Shown here piece after piece: positions 31,108-40,845 of a stretch of 64,000 bases of DNA. Numbering within the stretch: position 1 is the stretch's first letter; each line of letters opens with the position of its first letter. The notes beneath the pieces were generated by a model. It did not search any database and was not told the DNA's origin. It worked only from the letters and a program-made list of their open reading frames with translations. Source of the DNA: an uncultured delta proteobacterium (GTDB lineage: Bacteria > Desulfobacterota > Desulfobacteria > Desulfobacterales > JAFDCJ01); the NCBI GenBank assembly GCA_963769935.1, contig CAVYNY010000022.1, forward strand, positions 192,001-256,000, given 5' to 3'. Position numbers and translations under genes: made by a program.

Positions 31108-32097
31108 TTATACCGTTACAACAATTTTACCGATTTGCTGATTGGACTCCATGAAGCGATGCGCCTCGACGATTTCCGCTAAAGGGAATGTCCGTGCGAT
31201 GATCGGTTTCAAGGCACCTGATGACAGGCCATCGTAGACGAATTTCTTGCCGCGGGCCATCTTTGCGGGATCCGAAGCGATTTCGAACAAGGTGTAGCCC
31301 CGGACGCTCAGGCCTTTCCCGATTGCTTGAGACAACGGAAAAGGGGTCGGGGCCAGCGAAAGCGCACCGTATTGAAAAATGACGGCACCTTGCGCGGCGG
31401 CATCGGCAAGCTTTTCCAGCAAAGGTCCGGCCACCGGATCGAAAATGATGGCGGCGCCTTTGCCGCCGGTGATGTCTTTCATTCTGGCGGCAACATCCTC
31501 ATTGTCGGTTACAATGACGTGGTCAGCTCCGGCCTCGAGAAGAGACTCTTTTTTCCGGTCGCCGCGCGTCGCCGCGACAGCAACAGCCCCGCAGGACTTG
31601 ACGATCTGAATGGCGGCCAGCCCAACGCTGCTGCTGGCAGCTGTAATCAACACGATATCCCCTTTCTTCACCCGGCCGTATTCGACCAGGGCACCGAATG
31701 CGGTCATGTACTGCATCCAGATGGCTGCGCCTTCGACCACCGAAAGGGTATCGGGGTATCGGGCCACGGCGTAAGCGGGAACAATGGCGCTTTCTCCATA
31801 GACACCGTATTTACCAATGGAAAATGAAGGGATCGTGCTCACCCGGTCACCGACTTGAATGCCGCCTACCTCCGGTCCTACGGCGTCGACAATGCCGGCG
31901 GCTTCGTATCCGAGTCTCGACGGAAATACCGCCGCCTCAAGATACACTCCCTGTCGAAACATTACCTCGGCGCGGTTGATGCCGAAAGCCTCCACCTTGA
32001 GGCGAACTTCCCCCTTGCCGGGTTCGGCAAGCGGCACATCTTCCAGCTTAAGTACATCTGCGGCTCCTGTCTCGTGAAAACGAACGATTTTTGGCAT
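31108..32097 (-). CDS. MDR-family NADPH:quinone oxidoreductase-like protein
   Basis: GINRAE, LGYEAAG, TAASSSVG, GKIVV. Confidence 0.92.
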   Translation of the reverse strand: MPKIVRFHETGAADVLKLEDVPLAEPGKGEVRLKVEAFGINRAEVMFRQGVYLEAAVFPSRLGYEAAGIVDAVGPEVGGIQVGDRVSTIPSFSIGKYGVYGESAIVPAYAVARYPDTLSVVEGAAIWMQYMTAFGALVEYGRVKKGDIVLITAASSSVGLAAIQIVKSCGAVAVAATRGDRKKESLLEAGADHVIVTDNEDVAARMKDITGGKGAAIIFDPVAGPLLEKLADAAAQGAVIFQYGALSLAPTPFPLSQAIGKGLSVRGYTLFEIASDPAKMARGKKFVYDGLSSGALKPIIARTFPLAEIVEAHRFMESNQQIGKIVVTV

Positions 32098-32479
32098 GGT
32101 ATTCCTTTCATGTGGGTGGTGGTTGTTATACCGCCCTTCCGTTATTCGGAACATTTTTTTGAAAAGCGGCAAAATTGATATAAACTAAACTTTAAGTCTC
32201 GTAACGATGTTGTCAAATCCTGATCAATTACTAATCTGAGCTTGCAACTCACTAATCAAGACTCGACACCTATCTTTCCGACAAGCTGTCGATTCCATGA
32301 TACTATTCTCTTATCGCAGGGTTGAGTGAGGCAGTGATCTGTTTTGATATCTCAGGCTTCGAAGTCAACAAGCGATCAGCTCTAAATACCGGCGAATAAT
32401 TTAATCATGAGTGGCTCCCTTCACTGATCAATCAATATTTCAGTATCCGACCCGGAGACTTTGCTCGAATGGCCTTTAA

Positions 32480-32592
32480 TTTCTTAAAGGGCCTTTTTCG
32501 GCCATGAAAATGTGCCGCTAAGCCCCAAAAACCGTTATTTTTCGGTCTTAATTCCTTGTCTGATAAGGATTGAGCTTGGTCCGACCCTGGGG
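32480..32592 (+). repeat. About 108 bp degenerate repeat ending AGCTTGGTCCGACCC; inverted partner at 33553-33663
   Basis: Hand alignment is colinear: TTTC.TAA..GGCC.TTTTCG....TGAAAATG ... AGC.TGG.CCG.CCC. Confidence 0.6.
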
Positions 32593-32597
32593 AGGGG

Positions 32598-33461
32598 GTC
32601 ATCGCTCTTTGGGGCCTGGAGACGACATTTGGCGACTACCTGGGCAGCTTCCGTGTTATCGATGCACTGGCGACGTTGGCCTATGACCAGCGGCGCGCCC
32701 AATTTTTTCGGGAGGAGCTTCTTAACGCACTGAAAATAGTCGAGGAAGGCCACATTTCACCGGATGCGATGAGGGGCTCCTGGGCCGGGGCGATGGGACA
32801 CATGCAGTTCGTCCCTTCCACGTTCACCGGACATGCTGTAGATTATAACGGAGACGGCCGCAAGGACATCTGGGGCAGCTTGCCTGACGCCTTCGCTTCC
32901 GCGGCAAACTTCCTTCGCGACTTAGGCTGGCAACCTGGGCAAATCTGGGGTCGCGAGGTGCGCCTGCCCGAGGACTTTAATCTAATGCTTGCCACAATGG
33001 ACGTGAAAAAGACTCTGGCGGAGTGGTCGTCGCTTGGGGTACGGCGGTCCGACGGGACGGCCTTGCCGCAGGCGGATATGGCAGGATCCATCGTGTTACC
33101 CCAGGGTTATAAAGGCCCGGCATTTTTAGTGTATGACAATTTTCGGACAATTCTGCGCTGGAACCGTTCGATCAACTACGCAATCTCGGTCTGCTATCTC
33201 GCGGATCGAATAGCCGGATTGCCGCAGATTGCAAACGGCCGTGATGCGGAGCATGAACCGCTTTCGCGCGAAGAGGCCAAGGAGATGCAGCGGCTTCTCA
33301 ACCTGCTCGGCTTTGACGCCGGCCCAGAAGATGGTTTTCCGGGTCCCCACACGAGTTCTGCGATTCGGGCATTTCAGGATGAGCACTCGTTACCGCCGGA
33401 CGGCTATCCATCGCCTGCTTTGCTCAAGCGTCTGCGGGCGCTTACCGCGGCCACACCCTGA
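32598..33461 (+). pseudogene. Lytic murein transglycosylase (MltB/SLT_2 plus peptidoglycan-binding domain), 5'-truncated
   Basis: IALWGLETTFG, GSWAGAMGHMQF, DYNGDG, WNRSINYA; in-frame TGA at 32571; no signal peptide or N-domain. Confidence 0.85.
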
Positions 33462-33552
33462 GTAAGGGTGATGGGTAACATCTGATATGAAGCCCTTGGC
33501 GCAGCAAATGAGAGAATATCTGGAGGTGCTGCTACGAATGACAACCACGGTT

Positions 33553-33663
33553 TGGGGCCGGGCCAGGCTAAGTTAATGATTATTTAATTTTAGCGTTTTA
33601 GAAAAGGGTATTTTCAAGGTTTATATCATCATTTTCAGCCTCGAAAAGGGCCTCTTAGGAAAT
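33553..33663 (-). repeat. Inverted partner of the 32480-32592 repeat
   Basis: Reverse complement ends TTAGCCTGGCCCGGCCCC. Confidence 0.6.
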
Positions 33664-33886
33664 GGGGCTTCCCCGCAGCGGGATACCGTTCACCGCTATT
33701 GTCGGAGGAATTATTCAGGTCCGAAGATGGCCATCGTATTGCGCAGCTGCCGAATCGAACTTTTCCCAAACCCCTGAGCTTTAAAATTGAAGCCGACCGC
33801 TGCCGTTTGCGCATCGGCGACCGGCTTGACCCGGACACGGTGGGAGGACTGGATTACGAGACGCGCAAGATCGTAGTTCTTGCGCT

Positions 33887-34279
33887 TCATGCCGCCCGCG
33901 GAGACGAGCGATCGGCCACGTAGGCCTGCCAGGGGATGAGCAGCGGCATCAGCAACTCTATGGCGGTGACCGCAAGGAAAGCCAAGCCCGGGGAACCGGA
34001 AAAGTGCCACGCAAGCACCCGTCCAACACCGCCGGCAAAGACAACGCCGCAGATGAGCCGGAACAGGACAGTTTGGCGTTCTATTTGGGGAATGAGCCAC
34101 CAGACGATCAAGGCCAGGCCAACGTCCCAGGCGGACATGAACCGAAACTGACTATCGAGCTTTGGAGTCACCACGGCAGCGGGAGCAAGCAAACCGGCAC
34201 CACGGATGAAGCCGAGGATTCCCACGGCAAGCGGCAGCAGACTCAAGAGTGCCATGACAACCTGGAGTGCGCGCTTCAT
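33887..34279 (-). CDS. Small membrane protein (DUF4345-like)
   Basis: Four TM segments; LDSQFRF and GGVGRVLA motifs. Confidence 0.75.
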   Translation of the reverse strand: MKRALQVVMALLSLLPLAVGILGFIRGAGLLAPAAVVTPKLDSQFRFMSAWDVGLALIVWWLIPQIERQTVLFRLICGVVFAGGVGRVLAWHFSGSPGLAFLAVTAIELLMPLLIPWQAYVADRSSPRAA

Positions 34280-34499
34280 TCGACGCCTGACGGTAAGCCA
34301 TGCGCCTTACATGGGATTGTGAGGGAAACTATTAAAACGTATACCGATAATCGCCATATGCGCGTCTCATCCTTCATAAATCACCTCGCCTTTTTCAATT
34401 TCCTTCAGAATCGGAATACATTTCAGAAATTTTCTTAATTGATTCGAGCGCTTAATCTCAAGAAATTTTTCTCGTCGCCTTTGACCGTCCGTTAGTCAA

Positions 34500-35294
34500 C
34501 TACACACTTGTAACTTTTTTGGCGTACAGCTCCGGCCGAAGGTCACTGAGGACGGGATTTGTTTCTCTTGCCTCGTCAATCGCGTTTTTATCAATATCTG
34601 CCAAGAGAAGCGCTTCAGTCGATTCGGCCCTTAGCACATCTTTTCCATCCGGGCCGACGAGGCAGCTGCGGCCGCAGTAGACGGTATCGCCCTCCGATCC
34701 GCACCGGTTGACATAGGCCACGTAAATTTCATTTTCATAAGCCCGCGCCGGTACGACTTTTTCGGCCACCCGGCAGTAATCTACCATCAAAGCGGTCGGG
34801 ACGGCGATCAAATCGGCTCCGGCGTGAGCCAGTGCGCGCACTGCTTCCGGAAATTCAACATCATAACATATTAGTATTCCGATATTCAGGCCTTCCAGTT
34901 CTGCCATGATCAGCGAATTCCCGGGTTTGAAAAACTTTTTTTCATAACTGCCGTAAAGGTGGGTTTTGCGATAATTGGCTTGCGCCCGTCCTTTGCGGTC
35001 AATGAGAAGGGCGGCGTTGTATACATCTGCATCAGACCGTTCCGAATAACCGTACAGCAGGGCAATATTCGCCTTACGCGCGATTTCAGCCGCTTTTTGA
35101 TAGGATGGCCCATCAGCCGGTTCCGCCAAACTGTGGGCGGCGCTGCCGATGTTGTAGCCGGTCAGGAATAACTCCGGAAAGATGATCAGGTCTGCGCCTC
35201 GCTGAGCTGCTGAGAATGCCGATCGATGAATGATTTCAAGGTTTTTATCAACTTTGGCGGGCAAGCCTTCCCCTTGATAAATCGCAATTTTCAT
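34500..35294 (-). CDS. Carbon-nitrogen hydrolase (nitrilase superfamily amidase)
   Basis: FPELFLTGY, YRKTHL, ICYDVEFPE (Glu-Lys-Cys triad). Confidence 0.93.
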   Translation of the reverse strand: MKIAIYQGEGLPAKVDKNLEIIHRSAFSAAQRGADLIIFPELFLTGYNIGSAAHSLAEPADGPSYQKAAEIARKANIALLYGYSERSDADVYNAALLIDRKGRAQANYRKTHLYGSYEKKFFKPGNSLIMAELEGLNIGILICYDVEFPEAVRALAHAGADLIAVPTALMVDYCRVAEKVVPARAYENEIYVAYVNRCGSEGDTVYCGRSCLVGPDGKDVLRAESTEALLLADIDKNAIDEARETNPVLSDLRPELYAKKVTSV

Positions 35295-35405
35295 TTTTTT
35301 GCTTTTTACTCCACATTACGGGCTTAGATTTGCGGTTGGTGATTTATACTTCCATACAGGGTCGGATCCATGATCTGATCATATAATTTTGCAAAATTTT
35401 TTAAT

Positions 35406-35434
35406 ACATAAATGTTGTGCAACAGCATTTATTT
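35406..35434. repeat. 29 bp palindromic direct repeat, copy 1
   Basis: ACATAAATGTTGTGCAACAGCATTTATTT; 27/29 identical to 35908-35936. Confidence 0.85.
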
Positions 35435-35749
35435 CAGCCTTGCACCGTAGCCAACCTGATAGGATGAGCCCTGCAATACTTTGCACCACATGATTTCGAC
35501 ATCAAAGTATTGCCGGGCTTTTTCTAAAAAATGCGGCGGCGGGTTTTTAATTGATAGGGCAATTTCATCTCCTTGCAAAAGATCCTCATCCGATTCGAAA
35601 TACAGCCCTTCTGCGCTGAAGTTGTACATCGTACCCCGGTAAAAAAAATCGGGCGGACATGTATTATGCAAAATTGGCTTATTGCATTGGAATCGCTTGT
35701 TTTTTCTACGATCAAGACTCGACTGCATTTTGACGCTCTCCCGCTTCAT
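35429..35749 (-). CDS. PilZ domain protein
   Basis: RRKNKRF (RxxxR) and NFSAEG (D/NxSxxG). Confidence 0.85.
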   Translation of the reverse strand: MKRESVKMQSSLDRRKNKRFQCNKPILHNTCPPDFFYRGTMYNFSAEGLYFESDEDLLQGDEIALSIKNPPPHFLEKARQYFDVEIMWCKVLQGSSYQVGYGARLK

Positions 35750-35907
35750 CCTGTAAAACTCAGGCCGCAGCTAATAGCAAACGCGTCGATAATTAATTGG
35801 ACCCGGCGTGCTTGGATTTATTTGTTTTACTCGCCGCAGAGATTACAACTATTACGTTGTGTTCTGTATTACCGGCCTTAGATGACCATTTAAAAAAATT
35901 ATTGATA

Positions 35908-35936
35908 ACATAAATGCTGTGTAACAGCATTTATTT
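35908..35936. repeat. 29 bp palindromic direct repeat, copy 2
   Basis: ACATAAATGCTGTGTAACAGCATTTATTT; overlaps the permease stop codon. Confidence 0.85.
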
Positions 35937-36731
35937 TTCCTCCGGATTCATTGCACCGAGAAGCTTCGGCAGGTCACCGAAACGCCCGATGAGCCCGAAT
36001 ATCAGGGCGGCCAGCAGGACGAACACCACGGTCACGGATGCCATTACCGGTGTGTAGCCATAGCGCAGGGAGTTAAAAATTTTGATCGGCAGGGTTTCAA
36101 CCGTAAAACCGGCGACCATGTAAGCAACGATATATTCGTTGAGGCTTAAGACAAACGCAAAAGCATAACCGGAGATCATGTAGGGGCGAATCAACGGAAA
36201 TATGACGGTGCGGAAAACGGTTCCGGAATCGGCTCCCATGGTTTCAGCCGCTTCGACGATTTCATGATCGATGGATTCAAATCCAAGGGAAACCGTCACC
36301 AACGGCAGGGTCACGAAGAAAATGGCGTGTGAGATCATGGTGGCGACCATCTTCCCGTAAAAACCGATAGTTACCCAGAAGGAAAGAAATCCCAGGGCCG
36401 TGATGACGGGCGGCAGGATGAACGGCGAAATGCCGAGTGTAAAGAGCGCCCGGGCGTAGAAAACGCGATAGCGCCACAGAAAATAAGCCAGAGGCATCGC
36501 AATCGACAATGCAATCAGGCTTGAGGTTGTGGCGATGGTCAGGCTGTTTTGCACCGGAATCAGCCAGCTGCTTTCGGTAAGCAGCTCCTGGTACCAGCGC
36601 AGGGATATGCCATCCGGCGGGAAAAAAAGCCGTTTTTTAGCATTTAAAGAGACCCCGCCGACAACTATCAGCGGCCCGCTCAGCAAGAATAAGATTAGGC
36701 CGAGGAATATGATACGAAGTGTTTTGCTCAT
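35931..36731 (-). CDS. Polyamine-type ABC permease (PotC-like)
   Basis: SLRWY, EAAETMGA, SLNEY, TLPIKIF. Confidence 0.92.
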   Translation of the reverse strand: MSKTLRIIFLGLILFLLSGPLIVVGGVSLNAKKRLFFPPDGISLRWYQELLTESSWLIPVQNSLTIATTSSLIALSIAMPLAYFLWRYRVFYARALFTLGISPFILPPVITALGFLSFWVTIGFYGKMVATMISHAIFFVTLPLVTVSLGFESIDHEIVEAAETMGADSGTVFRTVIFPLIRPYMISGYAFAFVLSLNEYIVAYMVAGFTVETLPIKIFNSLRYGYTPVMASVTVVFVLLAALIFGLIGRFGDLPKLLGAMNPEEK

Positions 36732-36764
36732 GCGCTGTTACTCGATAATTGGAAACTGCCGCGC

Positions 36765-36845
36765 AGCTTGAGGCTTGGAAGCTGGAAAGCCTGGAGGATA
36801 TCTCCCAAAAGCTTTCTGGCTTTCAAGCCTCCCGGCTTCCCGGCT
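36765..36845. repeat. 8-mer repeat hairpin (GAAGCTGG ... CCCGGCTT)
   Basis: Between two permease genes; same unit family as 28030-28230 and 47967-48002. Confidence 0.75.
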
Positions 36846-36881
36846 AACGCTCGTCCGATTCTTCCTAAATTGAATATCGGT

Positions 36882-37742
36882 TTATGCTGATACAACCTTT
36901 TTTCTCTTGCCGATTGCCATCGTGAGCGCAACCAGCAGAAGGCTGACAAACATAAAAAATATCGCCATGGCGGCCGCCATGGGCATATTGGTCTGGTAGA
37001 TTGCCTGGTCGGTGATCAGCACGGACAGCGTCCAATGATGCGGACGGCCGAGAATCTGGGGCAGCAGATAGACTCCGAGAGTGAAGACGAACACCATCAC
37101 AAAAGCCGCGACAATGGCGTTGCGCAGCGAGCCTACAATTACCATGAAAAAAGTTTTCAGCGGCGAAGCCCCCAAGGTCAGCGACGCTTCCGGAAGCGCC
37201 GGGTCAAGGCGGGACAGCGACGGGTACAGGACCAGCACGGTGTATGGAAAAGCAAGATAACAGATTCCACAAAGCAGCGCCGCAAACCCCGGATACCACG
37301 CTACGGGTTTGTTCATCAATCCCAACCAGACCAGAAGGTTTGAAATGCCGGCGGTGCGCGACAACAGCAGCGACCAGGCAAAACCGACAATTACTTCCGA
37401 CAGCGACAGCACCGACATTAAAAACACCAGCCAGACTACCTGGGCCCGCCGCCGCATCCGGGTTATAAAATAAGTGAAGGGAAACCCGAGAGACACACAT
37501 ACCGCAGCCGAGAGCCCAGCAATAAACAAGGAAAACAACAGTGTTCGTCCAAAAAGCGCCGTATAGAGATTCCGGTAGTTTGTCAGCTCAAAACCGGCAA
37601 TATAAAAGCCGCCGACCTCCCGATGAAAAAAGCTGACGGCAATCATCATTCCGAAGGGTATTACAAAAAATACGCCCAGCATGACGGCCGGGTACACTAA
37701 CGGCAGGTGGGCGCGGACACCTTTTGGCTTTTCTCCGATCAT
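36882..37742 (-). CDS. Polyamine-type ABC permease (PotB-like)
   Basis: EASLTLGA, PQILG, NMPMAAA. Confidence 0.92.
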   Translation of the reverse strand: MIGEKPKGVRAHLPLVYPAVMLGVFFVIPFGMMIAVSFFHREVGGFYIAGFELTNYRNLYTALFGRTLLFSLFIAGLSAAVCVSLGFPFTYFITRMRRRAQVVWLVFLMSVLSLSEVIVGFAWSLLLSRTAGISNLLVWLGLMNKPVAWYPGFAALLCGICYLAFPYTVLVLYPSLSRLDPALPEASLTLGASPLKTFFMVIVGSLRNAIVAAFVMVFVFTLGVYLLPQILGRPHHWTLSVLITDQAIYQTNMPMAAAMAIFFMFVSLLLVALTMAIGKRKKVVSA

Positions 37743-38797
37743 GATTTCAGCACCACACAGGCCGCCGCCGGAAGGACAACCGTGGCCTTGTCTCCCTGTC
37801 TTACCTGCGGTCTGCCTTTGGGTGTCGATTGACTCACTATTTGAATCCCATTGCAGTTGAGATAGATTTCGACGCTGGAGCCCACATCCCTTATGAAAGA
37901 GACGGTTCCATGCAACCGGTTTTCCCCTTTTTCGATACCCGGCAGCACGCGAATGTCTTCCGGCCGTATCGACACAGTGACGGATGTGCCGGCCGACAGG
38001 CCTTCCGCTGATTCTTCAACGATTAAGCGTTCGGCCCCGATTTTGATTTCTCCGTCTCCGCTGCAGGTTCCCTGCAGCAGATTGCTGGAGCCTATGAAAT
38101 CCGCCACGAACGTATCGGCCGGCTGGCGATAGATCGCCAGCGGGGAGCCCATCTGGTGGACACGATTGTCCGGGCCCATGACCACTACCAAATCCGACAT
38201 GGTCATGGCTTCGCGCTGATCGTGGGTGACGAGGATGGTGGTTATTGCAAGACGCTGCTGAAGCTCGCGCAGCTCCAGCTGCATGCTTTCGCGCAGTTTG
38301 GCATCAAGCGCCGACAGCGGCTCATCCAGCAAAAACAGCCGCGGTTCGATGGCCAGGGCGCGTGCAATGGCAACCCTCTGGCGCTGACCGCCGGAAAGCT
38401 GCGATACATAGCGATCCATATAGCCGGATAATTGCACAAGATCCAGGAGTTCGGCGGCTTTTTTGTGTTGAGCTGCTTTGTCGGCATGGCGAACCCGCAG
38501 ACTGTAGGCCACGTTTTCTCCCACGGTTAAATGGGGAAACAGGGCCAGAGACTGAAAGACCATACCGAAATTGCGCTTGTGGGCCGGTGTTTGAGTAATA
38601 TCTTCGGTATCAAGCAGAATGCGTCCCCGGGTGGGATTTTCCAGCCCGGCAATGAGTCGCAGAAGGGTCGTCTTACCGCATCCCGAAGGACCTAAAAAAC
38701 AGACAAACCGTCCGTTGGGTAAATTAAGATTTACATCCCGGGCGGCCACCACCGTGCCGAACTGTTTGTGGATGTCTTCGAGAATTAAGCCGGCCAT
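37739..38797 (-). CDS. Polyamine-type ABC ATP-binding protein (PotA-like)
   Basis: GPSGCGKT, LSGGQRQR, LDEPLSALD. Confidence 0.93.
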   Translation of the reverse strand: MAGLILEDIHKQFGTVVAARDVNLNLPNGRFVCFLGPSGCGKTTLLRLIAGLENPTRGRILLDTEDITQTPAHKRNFGMVFQSLALFPHLTVGENVAYSLRVRHADKAAQHKKAAELLDLVQLSGYMDRYVSQLSGGQRQRVAIARALAIEPRLFLLDEPLSALDAKLRESMQLELRELQQRLAITTILVTHDQREAMTMSDLVVVMGPDNRVHQMGSPLAIYRQPADTFVADFIGSSNLLQGTCSGDGEIKIGAERLIVEESAEGLSAGTSVTVSIRPEDIRVLPGIEKGENRLHGTVSFIRDVGSSVEIYLNCNGIQIVSQSTPKGRPQVRQGDKATVVLPAAACVVLKS

Positions 38798-38800
38798 AAA

Positions 38801-39150
38801 AAGTGCCTAAAGTGCCTAAAATGTCTAAAATGCCTATAAATGCCTAAAATTGAAACTGGTCATTGGCCTCTGGTTCTTGGCTCCTTATTTCTGGTTTAAG
38901 GTGTCAGGTGTCAGAAAACAGATGACGGAGAACAGATGACAGAAGTCAGATCTCGGAATTGAGAATCTGGAAAAGAGGCGAAGGTGGGAAGATAAGAAGG
39001 TGCGATAAGAAACGAAACGATTGTGTAAGTCGTAAGCTATCAAGCCATCTTCCATCATCTATTGTTTATCTTCAACCCTAAACCTTGAGCCATTCGCCTT
39101 AAGCCTAACACCTTTAACCTCTAACCCTATACCTTTTACCTTTCACCTTC
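38801..39150. repeat. Composite 9-mer and 7-mer arrays (AAGTGCCTA, GGTGTCA, ACAGATG, ACCTTTA)
   Basis: Several distinct arrays stacked in one intergenic gap. Confidence 0.8.
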
Positions 39151-39180
39151 TGCTCTCAATCTTTTATCTTGAGAACAAAA

Positions 39181-39209
39181 CGGTCGGAGCCGATTGACGA
39201 CTCCGACCG
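39181..39209. terminator. Stem-loop after the binding-protein gene
   Basis: CGGTCGGAG-N11-CTCCGACCG. Confidence 0.6.
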
Positions 39210-39227
39210 CTGACTTTAGGCCACCTT

Positions 39228-40334
39228 TTATTCAGTGACCATTTCCGTCCACTTCTCGTTCACCCAGTCGCTGAGATCACCCGTGTACAAATCATAGCGT
39301 GGGATGATCGGGGGAATGTCACTTGCAACGGATGCAAATTGAGCATCCGTGAGACCGGTTGTATCTCGTTTGACCGTCGGTGCCGTACCGACTTTCAGCG
39401 ACAATTTGGCCTGAATTTGCGGCTGGCACATATAGTTGATAAAAATGTGCGCTTCTTTGCTCATCTTGGAGGCCTTGGAAACCGCCCATGAGCCGGAATC
39501 CATCACCCCGCCCTCTTTTGGGAAAGTGGAGCGCACCGGCTGGCCGTCTGCCGCAGCCAGGCCGGCAACATCGTGGTAGTATTGTCCCATGGGAATTTCG
39601 CCGGACTGCAGCGCCTGCTGAAACTGCCCTTCATCACGATACCACAATTTCACGTTGGGTTTTATTTCGGCGAGTTTATTTAAAACCTTGAGGATGCCTT
39701 CCTTGGAATTGAGGAGGTCATAGCCTCCGAAGAAGGTTTTGGATGTGATTTCGAGTAAAAACGAGTTGGAAGCCAGGGCCAGCAGTCCCAGTTTGTTCTT
39801 TTTATCCGGCTGCCACATATCGGCCCAGGAGGTCGGTGCTGTCGGGAACACGTTGGTGTTTGTTACCAGGGTGATGTACCATGACACCGCGCCGATTCCA
39901 TCCACCCGGCCGTCCGGGTATTTGTGGACATGCTGCGGCAGCAAAAATTTGCTGTTGGGTATCAGCTTGAGATCCAACGGCATCCAGAGCCCGGTTCGTT
40001 CACCCCTTAGCATCACGGTTTGAGCCATCATGGACACATCGGCCGGCGCCATGCCCGCGTGTGCAGCCTGCTCCAGCTGAACCAGCCAGGCCTCGCCGGT
40101 GGGTTCAGCCACCGATTCTACTTTAATGCCGGTAGCTTTGGTAAAGTCCGGGAAAATGTGTTTGTCGAACGAATCTTTGAAGTAGCCGCCGTACGCACCG
40201 ACTTTCAGCACCCCTTGGGCCTGAACCGAAGGCACGCCAAATCCCAGGACAGCCAGGCAAAGGGCTGCGACAATGCCCGTAAGCGCCATGCGGCGACTTG
40301 TTGTTGTAGGATTAATTTTGATTTTTCCTGACAT
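39228..40334 (-). CDS. Polyamine-type ABC substrate-binding protein
   Basis: Signal peptide; YGGYF, PTSWAD, FPKEG, FINYM. Confidence 0.9.
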   Translation of the reverse strand: MSGKIKINPTTTSRRMALTGIVAALCLAVLGFGVPSVQAQGVLKVGAYGGYFKDSFDKHIFPDFTKATGIKVESVAEPTGEAWLVQLEQAAHAGMAPADVSMMAQTVMLRGERTGLWMPLDLKLIPNSKFLLPQHVHKYPDGRVDGIGAVSWYITLVTNTNVFPTAPTSWADMWQPDKKNKLGLLALASNSFLLEITSKTFFGGYDLLNSKEGILKVLNKLAEIKPNVKLWYRDEGQFQQALQSGEIPMGQYYHDVAGLAAADGQPVRSTFPKEGGVMDSGSWAVSKASKMSKEAHIFINYMCQPQIQAKLSLKVGTAPTVKRDTTGLTDAQFASVASDIPPIIPRYDLYTGDLSDWVNEKWTEMVTE

Positions 40335-40395
40335 GGTACATTTCCTCCTTTTTGTGTTGCAGGTTGGTTATTGCGGCGGGAAAATAAAACTGATT

Positions 40396-40590
40396 GGTTC
40401 AGGGTTCAGGGTTCAGGGTTCAAGGTTCAGAGGTTATACGCAATGGACAATGCTGCCAATATTTATATAGGATTCAGAACGCCCGAGATATCCTCTTGGG
40501 TTTAACGGCTTTTTAAACGCAAAGAAGACAGAATCCCTTTGATTCGATTTGTCCGTAAGTTTTTCAACGCTGAACGCTGAACCCAGAACG
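40396..40590. repeat. 7-mer repeat hairpin (GGTTCAG ... CTGAACG/CTGAACC)
   Basis: Forward array at 40396-40435 and reverse-complement array at 40566-40590. Confidence 0.8.
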
Positions 40591-40845
40591 TTTCAACCTA
40601 GAAAGCAAATTTTAAACATATGGCAAAAACGAACCTGACTGTCAAGCTAGTACCCCAAATTGTTAGCAAACTAAATAGAAGGGCATTGGCGCAGTGGTTT
40701 CGGATTGACAAAATTGATGACGACAAATAATGTAAGCGACCGATTCCTTGTAACGATTGAATATTTTCGATTAAGTCGGTAAACACTACCTGTATCTGAG
40801 TATTATGCTCAAATCAGGGTAAAACAAATATCCGGAGAAGCCGAT

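Noticed and set aside
33635..33838. Transposase remnant (LRGLGKVR resembles some DDE transposase C-termini)
   Set aside because: Only one short motif; no other support without a database search.
33880..34300. Integron cassette around the DUF4345-like gene (GTCAGGC just before the ATG)
   Set aside because: The core differs from GTTRRRY, no RYYYAAC or attC hairpin follows the stop, and there is no integrase.
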